DNA of 64,000 nt from Vicugna vicugna (taxonomy: Eukaryota), in NCBI GenBank assembly GCA_013265495.1, contig MU058824.1:5785245-5849244 (forward strand), given 5' to 3'. The notes under the pieces were generated by a model. The model was given only the letters and a program-made list of their open reading frames with translations. It was not told the origin of the DNA and searched no databases. The translations under genes and the position numbers were made by a program. Of this stretch, positions 38,961 through 49,935 are shown one piece after another. Numbering within the stretch: the first letter of the stretch is position 1; every line of letters starts with the position of its first letter.

Positions 38961-40805
38961 TCAGTAGGTCAGTCAAGATTTCCTGCCTTCCCCTAGTCAA
39001 TGGGTGACAGGTGATCCTGTCCAGATCTCTTCTCACAGATCACAAACCACTGATGAAGAGTTGGAACTGCCTCAGCCTCAGCAATCAACTGTTCCCTAAA
39101 CATTCTTCCTTAGTTGCTGATACACAGACCATTTGCGCTTCCCTGGTACTTGTTCTTTCCTTGGTGGTTCACCAAAGTTTTCTCATGCTTTGCTGGTTCC
39201 TCATATTCATCTAAGGGGATTTTTTATTATCACTTCCTTGTGTTATCCCTTATGTTTATATCCTAATCAGTTCTTTTTAATTTATTAGGGTCTTTTCTAT
39301 TGCTTGCAACCAAAAAATCTTAACTGTTACTGAGTAACTCAAAGAAAGAATGAAAGGATGCCCAAAGTGAACTTGACCTAACTCACAATGTGGTGGTGGT
39401 GGTGAGGGGTTGTTAGCTAGGTTTTCCTAGCCCCTTTCTCACATTAAGCCTACATTTATCATGAAAAAAAGAAATCCCATGAATTTATTATTCTTATAAA
39501 TTGTTACTAATAAACAGGCCTACTAAGGTAGAAAATATTTTCAATTTTTGTACAGAATTTCAGAAAACAATTCAGTAAGCTACTTATAAGCAAGTATTAT
39601 TTTAAAAAATACATGACTCTCCTACAATAACTCCACAGCTAGAAGTGGACAGCACAAATCCTATTCTGAGATCCTACTGGCTGCCTAAGATGAAAGTCTA
39701 GAATGTCACCTGAAATCATGCTCCATATCTGTTAATATTAGAAAACTACCAATTCTTCCTTCAGGTTATATTTTCCTCTTTTTGCAACAGTCTCATCTTA
39801 AATAAATGACATAGGTTTCATTGAAAATGATCACACTGATAGGGTGAAGGGTAATCGGAATCTTCAAGTACATTTAAATTTTACTCATCAATGGTCCAAC
39901 CATTGAGCACTGATAATTTAGAGATTTCTATGCATTACCATGGACATTACATAACTTTTTAGAAAGTCAAATATGTGCCATAAAAATGTGCAGCAACATA
40001 GGTTCTGACAGATGTTAAACATCCTTTTCCACCAGAACTATGAATCTTTGTTTCCATGAATTTTGAAAAAAATATTACCCAACATCTTTGAAATGAATAT
40101 ACAACAGAAAATAAATCCATGACAATCAAAAAGTGACTCAAAGGAAATAAGCCTCTAGAAGGGGAAAAAATAAAAGCGGCTGCCAGACCCCCATGCCACA
40201 CCCATAAATTGTTACACAGCTGTTACCACCTCCAGTGATGATGTTTTACCAAACCAAAGACTAAGTATTCCTGGGATGATACGTTAGGTTCCTCATCCAG
40301 GCATCTCTGTATATCTTATGCATTCCAAAAGCAAGGAAAATTGGTTCTTCTCCAAGTACAAAGCTTTGGTGGAAAAGGGGACATTTTTCGGGCATGTGTC
40401 TCCTGGCAGAGCTCTAGGCAGAGGTAGTATCCCTGAGCGTTCTTTCCTTTCCAAAAGACTCTGGGATTGTGTTGACAGCTTATCTTCAGAACACAAGGAG
40501 AGTGTCCAGGAAACACAAAAACAGTGGATTAAGAAACCATTACTCCAATGAGAAAGTGGAAAGTGTGGTAATAGAATGGAGGAATTTTGTTCAGAATCCT
40601 AGAGTTTGCTGTTACTCTACAGACTGTATAAAAATATCTTTAATTATGTTCTCGAGTAATCACTAGGACACTTCTTTCCAGTTTTTGTTTTTTTCTGAAC
40701 CAGTTGTTAATTTCTGATCTAGCAAATATCACCGTTTCCATAATTTGCATCAGAAGTCTTTGATGAATATTCTTATTACTTTATGAAGTTTACTATTAGA
40801 GGTAA

Positions 40806-40962
40806 TTTTTTATTATTGAAGCATAGTCAGTTTACAATGTTGTGTCGATCTCTGGTGTACAGCATGTTTTGGTCATACATATACATATATATTCCTTTTC
40901 ATATTATTTTTCATTATAGGTTACTACAAGATATTGAATATAGTTGCCTGTGCTATACAGTA
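40806..40962 (-). mobile_element. Short LINE-1 3' tip
   Basis: ttattgaagcatagtcagtttacaatgttgtgtc...tgtgctatacagta. TSD-like tagaggtaattttt / tagaggcaacttct. Confidence 0.9.
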
Positions 40963-41269
40963 TAGAGGCAACTTCTATTTCACTTACAAATGAGTGTGAA
41001 GAAATGGATGAATCCTACAGTAAACCTACAACCATGGCAAATCAAGCTACCCCACTGAACAAACCTTTATTAAAATTATTATTTATGAGCCAGGCACTTT
41101 GCTAGACAATGGAGAGCCATAAATGAATAAAATAGTATCCTTGTCTCAGGGAGCTCATAGCCTAGAGAGAAGAAATTCCAGAATTTAAATTTAATAAATA
41201 GTTTTCAATTCTACAGCACAGAGATAAAGAGTCCTGACTCATATACCCAACATCTTTCTTAGAAGTATG

Positions 41270-41520
41270 ATACAATGGTTGTGGGCAGGCTCAAGATTCA
41301 CAATGGCTGTGACTTGCATCTAAAGTCCGTCACTCACAACCTGGGTGACTGTTAAGTTAGGTAGTTTCTGTGAACTTCAATTTTATCAACTTTAAAATGG
41401 GGACAAAATCATAGCTACCTCACAAGTTTTGATGAGAATTAAACTGAGATTATACATGTAAGAAATCTAGTACAGAGCCTGGCTTAGAGTAAGCCCTGAA
41501 TACATATCAGCTTAAATTAT
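41270..41520 (+). mobile_element. MIR SINE
   Basis: cttcaattttatcaactttaaaatgggga...gctacctcacaag...tgagaattaaactgagat...tagtacagagcctggc. Confidence 0.75.
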
Positions 41521-41729
41521 TACTGTGTGCCAGCAGCTATGCTACACACGTGGGTGTGCCGAGATTAGTAAATTACTGTCACTGCCATTGAAGGTCATGC
41601 AATGCAGTGTGAGAGACATCCCCCTCTGTAGGTTATGCCATTCAGAGATTCCACTGTTTTCTCCTTTAGCTGAACTTTGAGTGCTCCTTCTTTGCCCTTC
41701 CATGACCTTTGATCTATAATTTGCTTTAT

Positions 41730-44150
41730 CCTGATAACTAATGATGCTGATCACCCTTTCATATGCTTATTATCTGTTTATGAAATGTCAGTCTAAGTCT
41801 CTTGTCATTTTAAAATTAAGTTTTCTGATTTTTTTTCTTGTTAGTTTGTAAACTTTCCTCTGTTGTTGTGACTGTAACGCTACTCTGTGGCTTGTATTTT
41901 CACTTTCTTAGTGGTATCTGTTCTTACATTTAATGAAGAATTTATCAATCCTGTTTATTTCACCTAGAGTCTCTGTGTCTTTAAAACATTGTTTGCACAC
42001 CCCAACATCTCTTATCTTTTGAAATTTTATTATTCTATGTTTCACATTTATATCTTTGATCCACTGGAAAATGGTTTTATGTGCAGTGTGAAATACGAAG
42101 TAAAAGTTCTTTTTAAAAATCTCTATGGATATTCAACTGATCCAACACCATTTACTGGAAAGAGCAATCTTTCCCCACTACATTGCAATGATGAATTAGG
42201 TGACTTTAAACGTAGGTTCTCTCTCTGGTTCCTCTACTATATTCTATTTGTGTCTTTTCCCACACCAATACAACACCAATAAGTTAGTTACTTTAACTTT
42301 ATAATAAGGTTTGGTATTTGGAAATATAAGTACTCTCATTTTGTCCTTATTCTGCAAAACTTGTTCAAAAATAAGTATATCAGTTTCCACCACTCCCTCC
42401 ATAGACTATAATTTATTGAGTCCACAGTATCAACATTCTTCAATTTTGAATCTTCCAATCCATGAACACGATATAGCCACCATTTGTTTAGGCTTTAATT
42501 TCTCATAGCAATGTTTTCTAAGGTTTTTATTTTCAGAGGTCTTATACAGCTTTCTTGATATATTTTTCCTAAATCATTTGTTTTGCTCTTAGAGTAAATG
42601 ATGTCATTTAAAAATTTCATTAAATTTTTTGTTGTTGTTAGTATAATAGATTTTTATATATTGATCTTGTAGCCAATTACCTTACTAAATTTATTAATCC
42701 CAGTGCTTTATATATAGATCATTTTGATAATTTTCTATGAGCACAATCATGCTATCTACAAATGGCAGTTTTATTTCTACATTATATGATTTTAAATACT
42801 GTGCTAATAATTTTAAAATTTAGAAGAAACGAACAAATTCCTTTTTAAAAATTAACTATCAAAATTGACAGAAGGAACAGAAAATCTAATTTTTCTTATA
42901 TTTGTGATAAATTTACTATAAATTTAAACCTTTTTCACAAAGAATATTTCATGCCTTGGGAGATCCTTTGGTGAATTCTTACAAACGCTTAAGAAATCAT
43001 ATTATTGAAAATTCAGCCATCAGTTTAATGTTCCTTTGAAGGTAATGTATCTTTTTATCCTATGGATGCTTTTAGGATTTACTTTTTATCTTTGTCTTTC
43101 AGCAGATTTACTATGATGTTCTCTGATTTTGCCTTGTTTTTGATTTATAGATATTCTTGATTCAGTGGGCCATCCAATAATTTTGGATAGTTCTAGGCCA
43201 TGATCTTTTTAAAGAAACTTCCCTCCCATTCTGTATCAGTTTTCTTTCTGGATACCAACTACACAGAAGTTCAGTCTTTTCACTGTGTCCTATATATCTC
43301 CTATGGTTTTCAAAGTATCTTTTCTCTCTCTCTTTGCTTCAATCTAGATATTTTCTACTAACCTATCTTCTAGTTTATTAATTCTTTTTATGTTTGTCTA
43401 ATCTGCTGTTAAGAAACTATAAAAAATCTTTATAATTCATTTAATTTACTGTGAAATTATCTACCATCCCCATCCCCTTTTTCTTGAATACAGTCATAAT
43501 TTTAAAGTTCATATCTGTCAGTTTCAACAACTGGATAATTTTTGCAATTGTTTCTATTTTCTTTTGATTTTTGTAGGTTTGGTTATGTTTCTAGGCATGC
43601 TTAGTAATTTCTGAGTGAATGCTAAATGATGTGTATGAATTACATAGTTTTGCTGGGTGATGCTACCTCCTCCAGAGAGGGTTTAGGTTTCATCTCTCAG
43701 GCACACGGAATAGAGGTATACTGCCGTGATTAAGTAAAGGCTAGTCTATTTCTGGTTTCCTATTATTCTTAGGGAGCAGGCTTTCAGGGTTCTCTGCTAA
43801 AATCCTAGGGTGTTTATTAGAGCTCCTCCTCTTTAGGAAATACTGAAGCTGTGATAATCTCTCATTAGCTTAGTAGTTACTTTATACCTATTTCTCAGTA
43901 TCTTGCCCTGTTCAAGTATTGATTAGTGGTCACAAAATGCCTTGAGGGGACGTTGCCTACAGAATGTAGGTCTCATTTTTCTATGATTCTCTTCTCTCTA
44001 GAATCTTAGCATTCATGTCCTGGCTATTTTGGTTGTTCTCCAATGCCTTCAAAAATTTTTTTAAATTGTTTTTATTGTTTCACTTTACCCAACTTTCAAA
44101 GTTTTCTTATAGGACAATTATTCAGATGCCAGGTATTCCATCATAATTGG
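41730..44150 (-). mobile_element. Ancient L1M element, mostly antisense, with an inverted internal segment
   Basis: T-rich antisense L1 (ctaatgatgctgatcaccctttcatatgcttatt; tcttccaatccatgaacac). A sense-oriented ORF2 piece lies at about 42783-43005. Confidence 0.75.
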
Positions 44151-45209
44151 CAGCAGAATGGTCCTTAACATATAATTTTGTATTATCTCATTTAGACAAA
44201 ACAGTATGAGGAATTTAGGGCAGCTGTAGTGATATCTACTTTCCAGATCAAGAAATGGAAATTTAGAAGCATTGATTCCCCTAGATTGTCAGTAAACTGA
44301 ACTGCAAGTCAGTCCTAGAATCCTTGTCATCAGCTATTAGTCACTGGCACTTTATTTTATACCAGTGTTTATCAAATTTTAATCATCAATAGACCAATTA
44401 ATCAGGTTTCTGAATAATTATAATTATTGATTTTTTCTGAAAAGTCATCTTAATAATTTAAACAAATATAAAGCATGATATATAAGATATAATTATCATT
44501 AATGTATCATTTCTTATCAAAGATTGGGATGGTTTTGTTTGGCATCCTCCACAAAGAGAAACATTACTCTTTTACTTCAAATCATAAGTTCTGTACCTAG
44601 TTTTCTTTTTTTAGTATTTATATTTACTATGCTAGACTATTCTTTGCATCATTGAGAATGCTAGCATTCGTTTGAAGATTCTGTCAGAGAATTTGAGATA
44701 TTTCTATTACACATTGAACCAAAAACATGGAAAGAATTCTCTGAATACAATTTTCAGTCCTCTTTTACCAATGAGGTCAGTGAGCAGAACACAAACTGGA
44801 GGCTTCAAAGTTTCAAACTGCAACATAAGTAAAAGGATTATTATCCCTATCCTTTAGCTATATCAACATCTGGAAAGTGTTTATATTCTGTTATTTGAAT
44901 GTCATTTTCAAAAGAAGTAAATTAATCATTAATTTATTTCTCTAACAAATGAAGCAAAATATCAAGTGTTGAGAAAGTATCAAAATAACAGATACTACCT
45001 TTGTAACAGATAAATATCACTGTTATAGTTAACATTAAAAGTGATGACATTTCAACTTTAAAATAATAGTTTCAATCTACTAGAGAATATACTGAATTAT
45101 GTCACTTGAATGAACCATTTCAAATAGAAAAGATTTTTACTGGTATTATCAATTTTATGAAGACATTTAAAATTTTACTTATTATTTCAAGGATTTGTCT
45201 TGATAATTT

Positions 45210-46050
45210 CCATCTTGAAATGCAAATTAACACCACAATGATGTCCTTCTACATATCTATGAGCGTGGGCAAATTTAAAAGTCTGACAATGCCAAGTGTT
45301 GCTGAAGATACAGACCAAGAAATTCTCAGAGCTGATATGAATAAAAACTGGTTCAACCACTTTCAAAAAGTATTGTCCTTACCCATACACCCATATTGAC
45401 AAAACAGTATCTTATGACCAAACAATACCAAACATTACATTCCTGGGCACATACCTAGAGAAATACATTCACATGTGTGTCAGGAAACACGTAAAAGAAA
45501 GTTCATGGCAGAAATTGTTGCAATAGCTGAAAACAACCATCAGGAAGTAAGGATGTTAGGATGGGTAAATAAACTGTGGTTGTTAATATAATGTAAATTT
45601 GTACCACAAGTAAAGCTGTACAGAGCTCTAGTTTAATTGTGGAATTTTGTACCACAATTAAACTAGAGCTCTGTACAACAAATGGATTGAATCTTAAAGA
45701 TATTGTTTAATGAAAGAAAACTTTTTTAAATAATGCACTTATATAAAGTTTAAAACCAGTCAGTATTAGCCATCTTATTTAAGGCTATATACAAAAGCAA
45801 TAGAAGTTAAGGAATATCAAGGAAAGAATTATCATACATATCAAGATAGTGTTTTTTAATCTAAAAGGCATAAGGAAATGTGATTGAGAAGGGATACCCA
45901 GGGGCAGAGAGGTGCTTCTTCAGAGTCAGCAAGATTCTATTTCTTTACTTAGATAGTGGTTAGAAGGGTGTTCACTTTCTAATGACTCATTATATTGTAC
46001 ATTTATGTGCTATGCACCTTTCTCTATTTGAATTTCAGCATTTTAAAAGT
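45210..46050 (+). mobile_element. L1ME/L1MC-like 3' end
   Basis: gaaatgcaaattaacaccacaatg...aaagtctgacaatgccaagtgttg...atgggtaaataaactgtgg...ttctatttctttacttagatagtgg. Confidence 0.75.
45617..45677. repeat. Perfect inverted repeat, 26-bp arms and 9-nt spacer
   Basis: tgtacagagctctagtttaattgtgg (45617-45642) - aattttgta - ccacaattaaactagagctctgtaca (45652-45677). Confidence 0.97.
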
Positions 46051-48063
46051 TATGAGAATTTCCTCTTGGGACTCAGCATATATACTTCAGTATGGAAAAG
46101 AATAATCTCGTTTTTCAGACTAAGCTAAAAAGACATACACCATCTGATTATACCCACAATTTCTGTATTTCCTTCAACACAAAACCAAGATAAGGAGGCA
46201 TATTGTTGATCATCAGCCATGATACCTTATTAGTAACAGCACCAATACTCTTTTCCCCATGTACCTCATGCTTCAGAAAAACACCAATGACAGACTAATA
46301 ATGTCCTCAAAGTATAGATTTGAATGATTAACAGAACAAAAAACACCATCAAGCACTTCTCTATGTACATGTCACACATTCACAAAGACCTGATTCATAC
46401 TTTGTTCACTGGTAGTTTTGCCAACTTAAAAGCAAAATTATCTCCCAGACCACAAACAGTACATGCCATTAATGTTCCATGATGTACAAGTGTCATAGGA
46501 TAGGGAAATTTTGCCAGTACCTATGCTTTCCATTTGAACTCATTATTTGTTACTAACTTTTAGCTAGTTTTACCAGCTGTCTTGAAAAAATATGACTTGC
46601 ACCTATACCTGTTTTTGCCACAAGGAATGCAACTTCTGAATTATGCCTCTGTAGTTTTGATATCCCCATTTTCTTTAGCAATAAAATCTAGCAACTTAAA
46701 ACTGGAAAATATTTCTACAGGAAAAAATCATTTTTAAAACCAGAGAGGTACATAATACTTATATGAAAAGATTTGATGGCTTCATGCCACTATTTAACCA
46801 AGTTTTTTTATAAAAGTCAATTTACTATACACCAGGATTAAATGATTGCTAGTCTTTTTAAATAAAATTTTCCATTGTTTAGTTTTGGATTTCCTTTTTT
46901 CACTTTTTATATCTGGCTGCTTTTCCCTTGTCTCAGCACATATGTAATCACATTCTGCATTCACTCTGAAACCTGGTCACTAAAGATGGTAATGGTGGTG
47001 TTGTATTTCTGTCTCTACTTTTACAACTATCTTCATATTTGCATAAACTTTTATGTTATTATTTCTTTAATAAAATTAGAAATCTAATAATAAACCCCAA
47101 TAGTAACAATTTAAAAAGAGGCAAATATAACAAATGTGAACAGTAACGTGGTAATTATGTGAAAATAAATTAACCTGAACGTACTGCAGCCAATTTATTG
47201 ATTGGAGGCTAAGTCCTCATTATCAAAATCCTTGCAACCTGTGGGCTACCTTCAGGTTACTAATGACTACCTAAGAACATAGCAGACCTCAGTGAGAATT
47301 AAATTTAATCTTGCGTTTTAAATTTGTTAAATATCTGTAAGCAAAGTTTTTTAAAAAAACTCTTTCTTCTGAAATTTCTAAACAATTTGCTGAAAACCCA
47401 CCGGAGGACACAAATGATTTATGGATTACACTTTGGGAGGCATTGCTTCGTATCACGTTACAATCTTTAAAACCATGAAAACCAAAACCAAAACTTTCAA
47501 AACCAAAAGAGCCAATTTTAGGACCCATGGAAGTCTAGTTCCTAGCAATTCAGTTCAAAGTGATTTATTTCTTAGCTTGTTCTGTGACAAATTAATAAAA
47601 TATATATATATATCATGGCTCTGCCCAAAACAATGATGAAGGTTATGGCCAGCGTTTTCTAAAACTGAAATTTAGATCTCAGAGCTCCACCTTACTTTCT
47701 GCTATAGTCAGTCTTGGGCTCACAGTTGCCCTATGTACTAATAACACAGCAGATAAAGGAACTCAGAGATGGGAACAGCTTCCCTAAAAAACTCCCTTCT
47801 TGGCAATGCAGAACTTTAAGGTGAGATTCATATGTGAAAAGTCGGAACGCTTACCTCAAGAGCAAAGCTGCCAGCTGGGCCGGCCCCGCCTCTGAGTTGG
47901 GATCCAGACACCAAATCTTATTTTTCCGAAGTTGTTGCATTTTTTCACTTTTATCTCATTGCCTGAAATGAACAAATTAAAGATCATCTGGGATTAATTT
48001 GCACACTTCCTAAAAACACAAATAGCATGAGATTATTAAGAAGTTATTCCTACCTCAGTACGG

Positions 48064-49200
48064 TTTTATATATTAAAGTATAGTTGATTTACAATTTTGT
48101 CATCGAGCACAAGTTCCTGTGTCTGAAGCACACTGAGGCCAAATGGTACTGAAAACCACGAGCCCCGAGCAGTGGAAGTTTTACTGCAGGGCTGCGCGAC
48201 GGGAACGGATCGCTCCTGGGCCCAAAAACCCAGAACTCAGAGAACAGTTTCAGGTGAGCCTTTTTAAAGGCCGAGTCGGGGAGGGGGATACCAAGGTATG
48301 TGATCAGCTGTGCACAATTCTCAGATTGGTTAATTGTGATCAATCTTTAGGTGCCAGAATGTCTGGGGGCTACGTGCTCATGATCCTAAAGCAGTTAATT
48401 TCTTCCATTTGGTGGTGGTTTTTAGCATTTGAAAAACTCAGGGAATATGCATGAGATACTATTATCTGGGTGCTTTAGAGAGGAGCTACAGCAAAGGAGA
48501 TGGGGGAGGAGTCTGTCCAAGGAAGGTTCTATAGGATCCTGCTCGGTTACAATAGCATATTAGTTTCAGGTGTACAGCAGGCATAGTGACTCAATATTTT
48601 TACAGATTATACTCCATTTAAAGTTATTACAGGATAATGCCTACAATTCCCTGTGCTCTAAAATATATACTATTTTGTACATAGTAGTTTATATTTCTTA
48701 ATCCCTTACCCCTATCTTGCCCCTCCTGCCTTCTGTCTGCCCACTGTTAACCACCACTGTTAACCACAGATATTTTCTATATCTGTGAATCTGCTGTTTT
48801 GCCCCGGGGGCAGGTCAGCATGCATGTGCTCTTCAGGAGTGGAGTCCAGGCTTCCCATCATCCACCGTTAGCCCAGCAAGTCCTCCAACCAGCCAAGGGG
48901 GCTCATCTCCCCCAAGTAGGACCCCAGGACTGGGGCACTCAACCTGTGGCTTTCACTGCTCACTCCCCTCGTATACTCCCTTTTCCTATGATTCCCCTCC
49001 CAGAGATCTCTATCTGATCATTTTTCTTCCCTTCCTACATGATTATGTGTATGTTTATTAAAGCCTTGGTTGTATCAGAGTCCTTCTGCCAGTTTCCAGT
49101 TAGTTTCTAGTGAGAATTGTTCCACATATAGATGTATTTTTGATGTGTTCATGGAGGAAGATAAGCTCCATGTCCTCTTACTCTACCATATTGATCCTTT
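48064..49200 (-). mobile_element. LINE-1 derivative: 3' end (48064-48097 plus 48552-about 48795) joined to 5' UTR (about 48796-49200)
   Basis: 3' end ttaaagtatagttgatttacaat...attagtttcaggtgtacagc. The 5' terminus agctccatgtcctcttactctaccatattg is the reverse complement of the L1 start motif caagatggcggagtag-ggacgtggagct. Confidence 0.8.
48098..48551 (-). mobile_element. ERV1 solo LTR (MER41-like, cetartiodactyl) inserted in the L1 3' end
   Basis: TG...CA termini. Minus strand begins tgtaaccgagcaggatcctatag. Interrupts otherwise contiguous L1 3' UTR sequence. Confidence 0.8.
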
Positions 49201-49579
49201 CCTTTCTAGCACAAATTATTTTGGTCACTAGGCATTCCTTCTGATGAAACCAAACTGTTTGGATCAAGGTAAGTGAAAAACTGTACATAACTGGCTCTAC
49301 ACTTAAGACAACAGGAAAGGAGGGTTTCACAATTTAAAAAAAAAGTCTAAGAGAACATGAAACAACTAAGACCTGAAAAATTATTGTGAAAAAGTAAGAG
49401 AAAAATTATGACTTTTTGGAAAAGGGTGCCAAATCAGCTTTGTCTCTTCCAAAATGTTGCTTGGGATAACCCAACCAGGAATGCCAGAAGAAACTTTTTT
49501 TCCCTTCTTATTCCCTTACTCTTTGGTCTCATGCCCCAAGACTCCTATATAAATGGGATACAGGTTTGCATCTTGAAAC

Positions 49580-49935
49580 TGTTGAAATAACTTTCCAGTC
49601 CAGAGATGGAGCTGCTCCTGCCTGGAGTGCCACATTAGCAAATGCAAGTTAGATAATGTCTGTGTCTCTGTAAATCTGCCTCTTGCTCAGAAATGCAGTA
49701 TATCCAGTCAGCCAATCCCCAAATCCCAAGCCAACTCTGGGCCTTCTCATCCCAAATAAGGTTGACTACGTGGCCCCAACCAATCAGGTATTTTCTATTT
49801 GTCTCTCTTTTCCTTATTCTTTATCCTATAAAAGCTTCCTGCCTTCCACCCCATTTTGCAGTTCTCTGAAAGGAGACTGTCCACTTCATGAAGTGTTACA
49901 TAAAGTTTGTATCATCTAAAGTGTCTTCTTTAACT
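49580..49935 (+). mobile_element. Probable ERV1-class solo LTR
   Basis: Starts tgttgaaa. CCAAT boxes (agccaatc, aaccaatca), TATA tataaaa near 49827, cataaa poly(A)-like signal, ends ...tttaac. Confidence 0.6.
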
